Source of the DNA: an uncultured Holophagales bacterium
GTDB taxonomy: Bacteria > Acidobacteriota > Thermoanaerobaculia > Multivoradales > UBA5704
Direction of reading: 5' to 3'
NCBI GenBank assembly: GCA_963842525.1
Contig: CAWJGT010000018.1
Coordinates: forward strand, 1-47,695
DNA length: 47,695 bases
A program made the position numbers and the translations under genes. The notes beneath the pieces were generated by a model. The model had not been told where the DNA came from. It saw only the letters and a list, made by a program, of their open reading frames with translations, and did no database searches. Below are positions 16,501-27,300 of this stretch, piece after piece; the stretch's first letter is position 1, and every line of letters starts with the position of its first letter.

Positions 16501-17896
16501 TCTTCTCCAGGGCGGTCGGTGTCCAGGCGCTCAGGGGGAGGATCTGCCAGGGGCGCGAAGGGCCGGACGGCTCAGGCCGGGGTGCCTCCTCCAGGATCAG
16601 ATGGACGTTGGTGCCGCCCATGCCGAAGGAGCTGACGCCGGCCCGCCGGGGTGTCTGACTGCGCGGCCACTCCCGGAGCCTGGCGTTGACGTAGAACGGG
16701 CTGCCGTCGAAATCGATCTGCGGGTTCGGCATCTCGAACCAGAGGCTCGGCGGGATAGCCTCGTGCTCCAGGGCGAGGACGGTCTTGATGAGCCCGGCCA
16801 CGCCGGCCGCCGCCTCCAGGTGGCCGACGTTGGTCTTGACCGAGCCCAGAGCGCAGAAGCCGCGCGCCTCGGTGCCGGCCCGGAAGGCCTGGGTCAGGGC
16901 CGCCACTTCGATCGGATCGCCCAACGGCGTACCGCTGCCGTGGGCCTCGACATAGGAGATGGCCTCGGGATCGACGCCCGCCACCGCGTGCGCCAGGGCG
17001 ATGGCCTCGGCCTGCCCCTCGACGCTCGGCGCGGTGTAGCCAACCTTGAAGGAGCCGTCGTTGTTGATCGCCGAGCCGCGGATCACGGCATGGATCGGAT
17101 CGCCGTCGGCGATCGCCTCGGACAGCCGCTTGAGGACGACGGCTCCCACTCCTTCGCCGAACAGGGCGCCTTGGCCTTTCGCATCGAAGGCCCGGCAGCG
17201 GCCGTCAGGCGAAAAGATGCCTCCTTCCTGCCAGTAGTAGCCGCTTTTGTGCGGCACGTAGAGGCGGACGCCACCGGCCACGGCCAGGGTGCATTGGTAG
17301 GCGAGCAGGCTCTGGCAAGCCAGATGGACCGCCACCAGCGAGGTCGAGCAGGCGGTCTGGACGTTGATCGCCGGCCCGCGCAGGTTGAGCTTGTAGGCGA
17401 CCCGGGTCGCGAAGTAGTCGCGGTCGTTGGCCAGCATGAGCTGGAAGTGGCCGAGGGAAGCGGCCAGCTCCGGGTTCATCATGAGGTTGGTCATGAAGTA
17501 GGTCGGGATGCTCACCCCGGCGAAGACGCCGGTCCATCCCGCGTAGGACTCGGAAACGTAGCCGGCGCTCTCCAGGGCCTCCCAGGCGCATTCGAGGAAG
17601 AGGCGGGACTGCGGGTCGAGGACCTCGGCCTCGCGCGGCGAGAAGCCGAAGAAGGCGGCGTCAAACTTGTCGATGTCGTCCACCATCGCGGCGGCCTTGA
17701 CGAAGGTCGGCGGCAGGGTGCCGAGGTCGAATCCGGCCTCCCGCAGGTCGTCATCGGTCAGATCCTGGACACAGTCGACGCCGTCGCGCAGGTTGGCCCA
17801 GAATTCCTCGAGATTCTTCGCTTTCGGGAAGCGCCCCGCCATGCCGATGATGGCGATTGCTTCCGCGGCGTCAGGCGTGTCGTCTTGATGGCTCAT
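13523..17896 (-). CDS. Type I PKS terminal module KS-AT-ACP-R (thioester reductase)
   Basis: KS QTACSTS / EAHGSGT / NVGHLE; AT GYSLG and HAFH; ACP LGGQSL; R domain LTGATGFLG and YGETK. Start MSHQDD at 17896. Confidence 0.95.
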   Translation of the reverse strand: MSHQDDTPDAAEAIAIIGMAGRFPKAKNLEEFWANLRDGVDCVQDLTDDDLREAGFDLGTLPPTFVKAAAMVDDIDKFDAAFFGFSPREAEVLDPQSRLFLECAWEALESAGYVSESYAGWTGVFAGVSIPTYFMTNLMMNPELAASLGHFQLMLANDRDYFATRVAYKLNLRGPAINVQTACSTSLVAVHLACQSLLAYQCTLAVAGGVRLYVPHKSGYYWQEGGIFSPDGRCRAFDAKGQGALFGEGVGAVVLKRLSEAIADGDPIHAVIRGSAINNDGSFKVGYTAPSVEGQAEAIALAHAVAGVDPEAISYVEAHGSGTPLGDPIEVAALTQAFRAGTEARGFCALGSVKTNVGHLEAAAGVAGLIKTVLALEHEAIPPSLWFEMPNPQIDFDGSPFYVNARLREWPRSQTPRRAGVSSFGMGGTNVHLILEEAPRPEPSGPSRPWQILPLSAWTPTALEKTTDNLVEWLEAHPDAGLADVAHTIQTGRRTFPHRRVLVCRDREDTLAALRTRDPKRLLESVQENADRPVTFLFPGLGDHYVGMALGLYRHEPTFRAELDRAAQLLRGEGLDLMSALFPPGVEEASGSGPDLRAMLGRSGEIAAAGPLDRTEIAQPAVFAVEHALARVLMEWGILPRALVGYSLGEYTAACLAGVLPFEDALRLVARRAKKISQLPAGAMLSVALLEEEARRLVSDRISLAAINGPAVSVLAGPPDAIDALAAELAEKGVATRRLPTTHAFHSRMMEPLRNELRDLLRQTRLSAPEIPYLSNVTGTWITAEQATDPDFWARHLVEPVRFGDSLAEMLREPARVLVEVGPGQGLTTLALQLAGREAPVAVSTLRPAYDRQPDTAYLLGALARLWLAGLPIDWAGFAAHENRRKLRLPTYPFERKRYWIERAVAPPTPKLAAPLSEGHPEMPAPAPGLDRHERPANLRNVYAAPRTEMERQLVEVWQDLLGVEPIGIHDSFFALGGQSLLAPQLIVRLRQAFGIEFPMRHLFEAPTVAELVQAIELLQREGMEALAATREVMDLRAEAVLDPAIQPEGPRVPVGDPSEVFLTGATGFLGTFLLDELLRQTSARVHCLVRAADADQAFRRLRTVLEEREVWRDGMTERLVAIPGDLGEPRFGLTEEAFLDLAVRVDAVYHNGAWVNFTYPYKVLKPSNVLGTVEALRLAALVRTKPMHFISSITAVPEVEYGYRDDPTVYEDDETDSLSGLFGGYGETKWVSEQLCKIARSRGIPVSIYRPTVLSGHTKTGVCNTRDMVWNMLKGCIQMGVTPDGEQDMEIAPVDYVAAALIHISLREEGLNRVYQFPHPRQPRWRTVFAFLREYGYPLTWMKSGEWEHYAVERLQTDTDNALAPFAPVVANFEAYAAIAQQEGRVGKRKQIFFDDRNTRAAIEGSGITCPDIDAGLLTIYLDYFVRTGFLPPPPGSAAEAEAPVGAEAGSETVVH
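13525..13533 (-). promoter_or_regulatory. Extended -10 promoter (TGgTACATT) with GC-rich discriminator for tRNA-Glu
   Basis: Lies in the last codons of the PKS gene and is followed by AGGCGCGGCC. Confidence 0.45.
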
Positions 17897-17909
17897 CGGT
17901 GATCCCTTC

Positions 17910-20900
17910 TCATCGGCTGCGACGCAGCCTCTCCATCGCCTGCTTCTGGCGAAGCTGGGCCGACTTCTGGGCGGCCTTCTGCTGATCGGCCAAGGTCTGC
18001 ACCCGCTCGAACGAGGGCTTCCCCTCTTCGCGGCCGAGATGGCGGGCCAACGCCGCCACGGTCGGGAAGCGGAACAAGTCGACGACCGAAAGGTCGCGGC
18101 CGAGCGCCTCGCGCAGCTTCTGGTGGGCCCGCACCACGAGGAGCGAATGCCCGCCCAGGTCGAAGAAGTTGTCATGGAGCCCCACGCGGTCCACCCGCAG
18201 GAGCTCCTGGAAGATCCCGGCGACGGTCCGCTCCAGCACAGTCCCGGGCTCGACGTAGCCGGCCTGCAGGTCGGGGCGCGTCCCCGTAGGCTCGGCGAGG
18301 GTGCGGCGGTCCACCTTGCCGCCCGGTGTGATCGGCAGCGCCGCCAGCGGCACGAAGACGGCCGGCAGCATTGGCTCCGGCAGCCGCTCGCGCAGGAAGG
18401 CCCGCAGCTCGGGCGACCCCGGCGCCTCGGTCCCTTCGCGCGCCACGACCCAGGCGATCAGACGCTTGTCGTCTCCTGCGCCCCTCAGGTCGACCGCCGC
18501 GTCGTGGAGCGCCGGGTGTTGGCGCAGCGCGGCCTCTATCTCCCCCGGCTCTATGCGATAGCCGCGGAGCTTGACTTGGCGGTCGGCGCGGCCCCCGAAC
18601 ATCAGGTCGCCGTCTCGACGGAACCTGGCGAGGTCGCCGGTGCGGTAGAGGCGCGCGCCCGGCGCCCCTCCGAACGGGTCCGGCACGAAGCGCTCGGCGG
18701 TGACGTCCGGCCGGCCCAGATAGCCGCGGGCGAGGCCGACACCGCCGAGCAGCAGCTCCCCAGGCACGCCCGGCGGCACCGGCTCGAAGGACCGGTCGAC
18801 CACATAGACGCGGGCGCCGGGAATCGGACGGCCGATCGGGACGCCGGCCGCCGCATCCACGCCGGCGAGGTCGCGGTGCGTGGCCACGATCGTCGCTTCG
18901 GTCGGGCCGTAGGTGTTGACCAGCCGCACGCTGGGACCGGTCCGCCAGCGCCAGGCGGCCAAGCGGTCGGCCAGCGCCTCTTCGCCGCCGAGGATCACCA
19001 GCCGCAGCCGCGGCGGAAGCTGAAGGTCTTCGGCCTCCAGACCGGCGACCAACTCGTGCCAGAAGGCGGTCGGCAGGTCGAGCACGGTGATGCCCAGCCG
19101 GTCCAGCTCGCGCACGAAATGGGGAATGGCGACCGCCATATCGTCCGGGCGCAGCACCAAGGTCGCCCCCGCGGCGAGGGCCGGATAGATCTCCTCGGCG
19201 CTCGTGTCGAAGCTGACCGAGGCGAACTGGAGGACCCGGTCCGCCGGTCCGATCGCATACCGGGCCAGGGCGCTGCGCGTGTAGGAGGCGATCGATCGAT
19301 GGGAGACCACGACTCCCTTGGGCCTGCCCGTCGAGCCTGAGGTATAGATGACGTAGGCAGCGTTCTCCGGGGCCCCCTCACCCACAGCCCCTCTCCCATC
19401 GCCCTCCCTCTCCCGACCGTCGAGGAGGACGACGCGCGTTGCACCGGCAGCGAACCGGCCTACCAGTCGCTCCTGGGTGAGCAGCACCGAGGCGCCGGCG
19501 TCCTCCAGCATGAAGGCGAGACGGTCCGCCGGCCAGGCCGGATCGAGCGGGAGATAGGCGCCGCACGCTTCGAGGACGGCCAGCATCCCGACCAACATCT
19601 CCGGCGAGCGCTCGACGGCGAGGGCGACCCGCGACTCCGGCCCCACGCCCAAGGTCCGAAGGTGCCGGGCGAGACTGCTTGCCCTCTCGGCAAGCTCGGC
19701 GTAGGTCAACCGTACGCCATCTCCCCCCTCGACCGCGACCGCTCCGGGCGACCGAACTACCTGATCTGCAACGAGGGTGTGCAGGAGCGGCTCCCCTTCC
19801 TCAGCGCCGGTCGGCTGCTCCCCCTGGCTCCAGACCTCCAGGATCTGCGCGCGCTCCGCAGGCCGAAGGAGCGGCAGGCTCCCGACCGGGCGCTCGGGAT
19901 CGGCCACAACGGCCTCGGCGAGGCCGCGCAGCCAGGCGGTCATGCGCTCGATCGTCGCCGCCTCGAACAGATCGGTGGCGTACTCAGCGGCCCCGACTAC
20001 ACCCTCCGGCATCTCGCCCAGCCAGAGGGTGAGGTCGAAATTCGCCTTCTCGCCGGCCACGGACATCGTCTCCAGATGGACCCCCGGTGCCACACCGGTC
20101 GCGACCCGCGGAAAGTTCTGCAGGACGAGCATGGACTGGAACAGCGGGGTGCGCGAGGGGTCGCGCGGCGGCTGGAGGAGGTCGAGGAGCCTCTCGAACG
20201 GGATGTCCTGATGCCCATAGGCGCCAAGCGTCACCTCCCGCACCCGAAGCAGCAGCTCGCGGAAGCTCGGCTCACCCGCGAGATCGGTGCGCAGCACCAG
20301 CGTGTTGATGAAGAAGCCGATCAGGTCCTCCAGCTCCGCCCGGCCTCGGTTGCCGCTGTAGGTGCCGACCGGGACGTCGTCCTCGCCGCTCAGTCGGGAG
20401 AGCAGAGTCTGGAAGAGGGCAAGGAGCGCCATGAAGAGGCTCGCTCCCTCCTCCTGCGCCAGGATGGCGAGCGGCCCGACCACAGCGTCGGGAAGGACGA
20501 GAAGGATGCTTGCGCCCCGGCCGCTGCGCACCGGCGGGCGCGGCCGGTCGGCAGGCAGGTCGAGCCGCGGCGGCATCCCGGCGAGCTGCCGGCGCCAGTA
20601 GGAGAGCTGCTCCTCCAGCACTTCGCCCTCCAGGCGCAGGCGCTGCCAGGCGGCGAAATCCGGATATTGGATCGGCAGCTCCGGCAGCGGCGACGGCGCG
20701 CCGGCCGCGAAGGCCTGGTAGAGGGCGCCCAGCTCATGGGTCAAGATCCCCATGGACCAGCCGTCGGAAACGATGTGGTGCACGGTGAAGAGCACGGCGT
20801 GGTCGGCGGGGCGCAGGCGCACCACGGTGGCGCGCAGGAGAGGCCCGGCCGCGAGGTCGAAGCCGGTATTGACCTCCGCGTACAGACGGCGGTCCAGCTC

Positions 20901-21326
20901 GCGCTCACGCACCTCCTCCGGCAGGCCCGACAGGTCGATGACCGGCAGGGCCATCCGCACCTCGGGGGAGACGATCTGCAGCGGCTCCCCCTCCGGACCC
21001 GCTGCGAACGTGGTGCGCAGCGACTCGTGCCGGCGCACGATCTCGCGGATGCTCCGCTCCAGGACCGGCACGGAGAGCGGCCCCTGCACCCGCATATTGC
21101 CCGGGATGTTGTAGGCCGGGCTTCCCGGCTCCAGGCGGTCGAGGATCCACTCGCGGAGCTGCGAGAAGGAGACCGGATAGGTCGCCGATATTCCCGGCGT
21201 GCGCGGCAGGCGGGGGATCGCCGAAATGGGCGCGGCCGGCGCCTCGGCGCGGCCCAGCCGGCGCAGCAGCAGCTCGCGCTTCTGCGGTGACAGGCCGGCG
21301 AGGCGCTCCCGCAGTTCGGCGCTCAT
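17910..21326 (-). CDS. NRPS, one module C-A-T (basic amino acid predicted)
   Basis: HHIVSDGWS, YTSGSTGRPKG, LGGHSL. Hand-extracted code about DTEDIGTIVK, Lys/Orn/Arg-like (tentative). Confidence 0.95.
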   Translation of the reverse strand: MSAELRERLAGLSPQKRELLLRRLGRAEAPAAPISAIPRLPRTPGISATYPVSFSQLREWILDRLEPGSPAYNIPGNMRVQGPLSVPVLERSIREIVRRHESLRTTFAAGPEGEPLQIVSPEVRMALPVIDLSGLPEEVRERELDRRLYAEVNTGFDLAAGPLLRATVVRLRPADHAVLFTVHHIVSDGWSMGILTHELGALYQAFAAGAPSPLPELPIQYPDFAAWQRLRLEGEVLEEQLSYWRRQLAGMPPRLDLPADRPRPPVRSGRGASILLVLPDAVVGPLAILAQEEGASLFMALLALFQTLLSRLSGEDDVPVGTYSGNRGRAELEDLIGFFINTLVLRTDLAGEPSFRELLLRVREVTLGAYGHQDIPFERLLDLLQPPRDPSRTPLFQSMLVLQNFPRVATGVAPGVHLETMSVAGEKANFDLTLWLGEMPEGVVGAAEYATDLFEAATIERMTAWLRGLAEAVVADPERPVGSLPLLRPAERAQILEVWSQGEQPTGAEEGEPLLHTLVADQVVRSPGAVAVEGGDGVRLTYAELAERASSLARHLRTLGVGPESRVALAVERSPEMLVGMLAVLEACGAYLPLDPAWPADRLAFMLEDAGASVLLTQERLVGRFAAGATRVVLLDGREREGDGRGAVGEGAPENAAYVIYTSGSTGRPKGVVVSHRSIASYTRSALARYAIGPADRVLQFASVSFDTSAEEIYPALAAGATLVLRPDDMAVAIPHFVRELDRLGITVLDLPTAFWHELVAGLEAEDLQLPPRLRLVILGGEEALADRLAAWRWRTGPSVRLVNTYGPTEATIVATHRDLAGVDAAAGVPIGRPIPGARVYVVDRSFEPVPPGVPGELLLGGVGLARGYLGRPDVTAERFVPDPFGGAPGARLYRTGDLARFRRDGDLMFGGRADRQVKLRGYRIEPGEIEAALRQHPALHDAAVDLRGAGDDKRLIAWVVAREGTEAPGSPELRAFLRERLPEPMLPAVFVPLAALPITPGGKVDRRTLAEPTGTRPDLQAGYVEPGTVLERTVAGIFQELLRVDRVGLHDNFFDLGGHSLLVVRAHQKLREALGRDLSVVDLFRFPTVAALARHLGREEGKPSFERVQTLADQQKAAQKSAQLRQKQAMERLRRSR
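19375..19415. repeat. Half or degenerate REP unit in an A domain
   Basis: ccctcacccacagcccctctcccatcgccctcc, just before the A3 motif. Confidence 0.6.
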
Positions 21327-24300
21327 GCCGTCTCCTCCCCTTCTTCCTGGGCGAGCAGCCGCTCGATCTCCTCGTCCGACAGGCCGTCCAGGTCGTCGAG
21401 CATGCGGGCGACCTCGTCGCCGGCCACCTCGCCGGCCCGGCTCTCGGCCACGGCCAGCGCCAGCCCCGCGATGGTCGGCCGGTCGAAGACCTCGCGCACG
21501 GGCAGCTCGACGCCGATCTCGTCCCGCATGGCGGCCATCAGGCGGGTCGCCATCAGCGAGTGGCCGCCCAGCTCGAAAAAGTTGTCGTGGATGCTCAGCG
21601 TCTCGACACTCAGGAGGCGCCGCCAGAGCGCGGCGAGCTGCTCTTCCAAGGCGTCGCGCGGCGGCACCACCTCACGAGCCGGCGCCTCGGGAGCCGGGAG
21701 GGCCGCGCGGTCGAGCTTGCCGTTGGGAGTCAGCGGCAGCCGATCGAGAACGACGATCTGCGGCGGCACCATGTGCTCGGGCAGCCGCGCTGCCAACCAT
21801 GCGCGCAGCTCGGAGAGCCCGGATGTATCCAGGACTGCTGCCGGCTGGGGCACCACGTAGCCGACCAGGCGGCGGTCGCCACCCGCGACCGGTGAGGTCC
21901 CCTCGGTGCGCACCAAGGCGACAGCCTCGCGGACTGCCGGGTGCTGGGCCAGCACGGTCTCGATCTCCCCCAACTCGACGCGGAAGCCGCGGATCTTCAC
22001 CTGGTGGTCGAGGCGACCGAGGAATTCAATCGTGCCGTCGGGCAGGAAGCGCCCGAGATCGCCCGTGCGGTAGAGGCGCGCGCCCGCCGCGCCGAACGGG
22101 TCGGGGACGAAGCGCTCCGCGGTCAGCTCCCGCCGGCCGAGGTAGCCGCCGGCCACCCCGGAACCGCCGATGCACAGCTCGCCGGCCACGCCGATGGGCG
22201 ACGGCCGGCCGCTGTGGTCGAGGACATGGAAGCGCTGATTCTCCATCGGCCGGCCGTAGGGGATGCTCCGCCGTTGCGCGTCCGCCTCCCGGATCGGGTG
22301 GAGGATCGACCAGATCGAGCCTTCGGTGGCACCGCCGAGGCTGACCACACGGCAGCCCGGGACCTGCCGGCGGATGCGGCCCGGCAGTGAGACCGGAATC
22401 CAGTCGCCCGAGAGCAGCGCCAGCCGCAACGTCTCCGGCAGACGCGCTCCGGACTCGACCAGCATCTCCAGCAGCGGGGGCGCCGAGTCCCAAATCGTGA
22501 CGCCGCAGGCCGACAGCCGTTCCGCCCAGACAACGGGGTCGGGCCCCTCGCCCTGCGGCGGCAGAATCACGGTACCACCGGCCGCGAGGGTGCCGAAGAG
22601 GTCCCAGACCGACAGGTCGAAGGAGAGCGCCGAAACGGCGAAGACCCGGTCCCCCGCCCCCACTCCGAAGCGGCGGTTGATGTCGAGGATCGTGTTGACC
22701 GCCTGGCGGTGCTCGATCATGGCGCCCTTGGGCTGACCGGTGGAGCCCGAGGTATAGATGACGTAGGCGAGGCCCCTCACCCCCGGCCCCTCTCCCATCG
22801 CCCCCCCTTCCCCCGGGAGAGGGGAGAACGCCAGGAAGGCCTCGGTCAACACGAGCGACGCCCCCGCATCCTGGACCATGAAGTCCAGCCGCTCCTGTGG
22901 ATAGGCCGGGTCCAGGGGAACGTAGGACGCGCCGGCTTGGAGCACGGCGAGCACCGTCGCGACCCGGTCCGGCGAGGGATGCATCAGGATCGCCACGCGA
23001 TCGCCAGGATGGACGCCTTGAGCGATCAGCCTCCTTGCCAGCTCTTCCGACCGGGCCGCCAGCTCCGCATAGGTCAGGTCCCCGTCGAGGCCCATGACGG
23101 CCACGGCCCCGGGAGTACGCGCGGCCTGCTCCGCGAACAGCTCATGCAGGCAGACCTCCCGCCTCTCCGCCTCGCTGTCGTTCCACTCGGCCAAGGTCTG
23201 ATGGCGCTCGGCAGCCGACAGGAGGGGGAGCTCGGAGAGCCGCAGGTCCGGATCGGCGGCCACGGCTTCGATCAGCCTCCGGAAGCCATCGATCCAGCGC
23301 TGGACCGTGGTGGCGTAGAGAAGCTCGGGCTTGTGCTCCAGCCAGCCGGTCAGCCCGGCGGAGTTCCGGGTGACCGACACCGTGAGGTCGAACAGCGCCG
23401 TCTCGTTGTAGGCCAGGACCGGCGTCAGGGTCAGGTCCCCGGCTTCGAGCGCGCCGGCCGGCGTGTTCTGAAGCACGAACATGGCCTGGAAAAACGGTGT
23501 CTGGCCGAACATGCGCCGCGGCTGCAGCTCCTCGACGATCTTCTCGAAGGGCAAATCCTGATGGGAGTAGGCGTCCAGGGCCGTGCGCCGGACCCGCCCG
23601 ATCAGCTCGCGGAAGGAAGGATCTCCCTTGAGATCGTCCCGCAGAACGAGGGTGTTGAGGAACAGGCCGATCAACCCTTCCGTCTCGCTCCTGCTGCGGC
23701 CGGCCACGGGCGTGCCCACCGAGATATCAGTCTGTCCTGTGACGCGGTGGAGCAGCACCTCGAAGGCAGCCAGCAGAGCCATGAAGACCGTGGCCTCCTC
23801 GCGCCTCCCGAGGGCCTCCAGGGCCTCGATACCGGGGAGAGAGACGTGGACCGTCCGCCGCGCGCCGCGGAAGACGTCGCCCGCGGGACGTGGCCGGTCG
23901 AGGGGCAGCTCCAGCGCAGCCGGCTCGCCACCCAGCTTCTCCCGCCAGTAGGCGACCTGGGACGCAAGCGTCTCGCCGTGCAGCCAGCCGCGCTGCCAAC
24001 GGGCATAGTCGGCGTACTGGACCGGCAGATCCGGCAGCTGAGGCTGCACACCGGCAGCAAAGGCCTGGTAGGAGCGGCCAATCTCCTCGATGAAGACGCC
24101 CATGGACCAGCCGTCCGAGACGATGTGGTGCATGGTGATCAGGAGCACGTGCTCCTCCGCCCCCAGCCGCACCAGGGCGGCGCGCAGGAGCGGACCGGCG
24201 GCGAGGTCGAACGGCAGGCCCGACTCCTCGACGGCCAAGCGGGCCATTTCGACCTCGCGGGTCTCCTTCGGGAGGGCGGAAAGCTCGATCCGGGTCAGCC

Positions 24301-27300
24301 GGAACGGACCGGGCTCGTCCACGACCTGCGTGGGTGCGCCGCCCACCACCGGGAAGCGGGTCCGCAGCGATTCGTGGCGCCGCCGGACCTCGCCGAGAGC
24401 GAGACCAAGAGCCGTCGCGTCCAGCGATCCGCCGAGCCGAACGGCGGTCGGCATGTTGTAGGTCGGCCTCCCGGGCTGGAGCTGATCGATGAACCAGAGA
24501 CGCTCCTGGGCGAAGGAGAGAGGCACGGCCTCACCCGAAACCCGAGCGGCAGGCCGGAGCGGCGGCGCCGCCATCCCCCGCTGCTCACGGCGCACGGCCA
24601 CGACGGCCGCGGCCAGGCGCGACAGGGTCGGCGTCTCGAAGACCTGGCGCAGGGGCAGCTCCACCCCGAAGACCTCGTGCACCCGCGACACGAGCTGTGT
24701 CGCGAGGAGCGAGTGGCCTCCAAGGTCGAAGAAATCGTCGTCCCTCCCCGCCCGCTCGACGCCGAGCAGGCGCAACCAGACGGCAGCGAGCGTCTCCTCC
24801 ACCTCGCCGTTGGGGGCGACCCAGCCGGACGGCTCGGAGCGCGAGCGGTCGGGGGCCGGCAAGGCGCGGCGGTCCACCTTGCCGCTCGGGGTGAGCGGCA
24901 TCGCGGCGAGGAGCACGAAGTCCGAGGGGACCATGTGCTCGGGCAGGCGCTCGCGGAGGAACGCGCGCAGCTCTGGCGCCTGGACGCCCCCGGGCTCGGC
25001 GGGGACGATCCAAGAGACCAAGCGCTTATCAGCCCGCTCCTCGTGCACGCCGACGGCGACGTCCGCAACCGCGGGATGGCGCGCCAGGACCTCCTCGATC
25101 TCGCCGGGCTCCAAGCGGAAGCCGCGGATCTTGACCTGCTGGTCGGCCCGGCCGAGAAACTCCAGAGAGCCGTCCGGCCGCCAGCGCGCCAGGTCGCCGG
25201 TCTGGTAGAGGCGCGCTCCCGGCGCGCGGCCCTCCAGCCCTGCCAACGGATGGGGAAGGAAGGCCGCGGCGGTCAGCTCCGGCCGATCGAGGTAGCCGCG
25301 GGTCAGACCGGTGCCGCCCACGTACAGGCCGCCAGTCACACCCGCCGGGACCGGTTGCAGCGCCGCGTCGAGCAGATAGACCTCGGCGCCGCCGAGCGGC
25401 CGGCCCAGAGGCGCACCGAGAACGGACAGAGCGGCCACCTCGTGTGCGGCAAGGGTGAAGACGGTGGTGGTGATGGTGGCCTCGGTCGGTCCATAGGAGC
25501 TGAGGAACAGGCTGTCGGCGTCCACCGCGCCCGCCCACTGCCGCAGGGCGTCGAGCGACAGGCTCTCGCCGCCGGTCAGCCAGGCCCGCACGGGAGGTCT
25601 GGATGCGGCGCCGCCGGCCAGCTCCTGCACCATCTGGCGCCAGAGCGCTCCCGGCAGGTCGAGCACGGTCACCGCCTGCTCCTCGCAGAAGGCCAGCAGC
25701 TCTGCCGGGGAGAGCGCGGTCGGATCGGGATGGAGGACCAGGGTGGCGCCGCTCAGAAGGGTCGGGAAGATCTGCACCGCCGAGGCGTCGAACGAGGGTG
25801 AGGCGAATTGGAGGAACCGGTCGCCCGGGCCGAGGCCCAGGGAACTCGCCATGGCGAGGCTGAAGGTTGCGAGGCCGGTGTCGAGGGCCACGACTCCCTT
25901 GGGGCGGCCGGTGGAGCCGGAGGTGTAGATGACGTAGGCGGAGCCCTCACCCCCCTGGCCCCCCTCTCCCATCCGCACTCCCAATCCCCCGGGAGAGGGG
26001 GGAAGGGGCATTGTCACGAGAATCCTCCCCTCTCCCGGGGGAAGGGAGTGCGGATGGGAGAGGGGCCGGGGGTGAGGGTCCGTGACCACCACCCTCACCC
26101 CCGAATCCGCCAACATCCATTCAATCCGCTCCGTCGGATAGGACGGATCGATCGGCACATATGCTCCGCCAGCCTTCAAGACGCCAAGGAAGGCCACGAT
26201 CAGCTCGGGCGAACGCTTCAGGGCCACCGCCACCCGCACCTCGGGCCCTACGCCCAAACCGCGCAGCCGGCCAGCCAGCCGGTCCGACAGCTCGTCCAAC
26301 TCGCTGTATTTGATCCGCTCGTCGCCGAACACCAGCGCCAAGCCGCCCGGGGTCCGGGCCACCTGCTCCGCGAAAAGCCGCTCTACCGAATCCGCCCGAG
26401 GTACTGCGGTGCCGCGCACCCATTCGTCGAGGAGCTGGTGCCGTTCAGCCTGGGTCAGCAGAGGCAGATCGGACAGCGGCCGGTCCGGCTCGGCGACGAT
26501 GCCGTGCAGGAGGGTCTCCAGATGCCCTGCCATCCGCTCGACGGTCGTCGCCTCGAAGAGGTCCACGTTGTAGTCGAGTTGGCCGAAGAGCCCGGCCGGG
26601 CCTTCTGTTACTGCCAGGGTGAAATCGACCTTGGCGGCCACCTCCGCTCCCGACGGGAAGGGCGCGAGGGTGAGATTCGGCAGCCGCAGCACCCCGGCCG
26701 CGACGTTCTGGAGCACGAAGAGCACCTGGAAGAGCGGCGTGCGCGACAGGTCCCGCCCGGGCTGCACCTTCTCCACGATCTTCTCGAAGGGCACGTCCTG
26801 GTGGGCGAAGGCGGCCACCGTGGCCTCCCGCACCCGCGCCAGCAGGTCGCAGAACGCCGGGTCCCCGGAGAGGTCGTTGCGCAGCACCAGGGTGTTGACG
26901 AAAAGGCCGATCAGCCCTTCGAGCTGCACCCGGTTGCGGCCGGCCACGGGCGAGCCGATCGAAACGTCATCCTGGCCGGTCCAGCGCCGCAGCAACACCG
27001 CCAGCGCCGCGAGGAGTGTCATGAACAGGGTGGCGCTCCGGCTCTGGCCGAGGGAGGTCAGCGCACCGGCAAGCTCGGGCGGCAGCATGAAGGCGTGCGC
27101 GGCGCCGCGGAAGGTCTGCACCGGCGGGCGCGGCCGGTCGGTCGGGAGCTGGAGGACGGCGGCGTCCGTGAGAGCCCCGCGCCAGAACGCGAGCTGGCGC
27201 TCCAGCTCCTCTTCCCGCAGCCACTCCCGTTGCCAGCGCGCATAGTCGGCGTACTGGACCGGCAGCTCGGGCAGGGGCGACAGGCGCCGTTCGGCAAAGG

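Noticed and set aside
17897-18175. N-terminal extensions of BGC ORFs given in the track (also 31211-31561 and 41621-41731)
   Set aside because: They overlap upstream genes or lack an RBS; starts at 17896, 31210 and 41620 fit RBS and coupling better.
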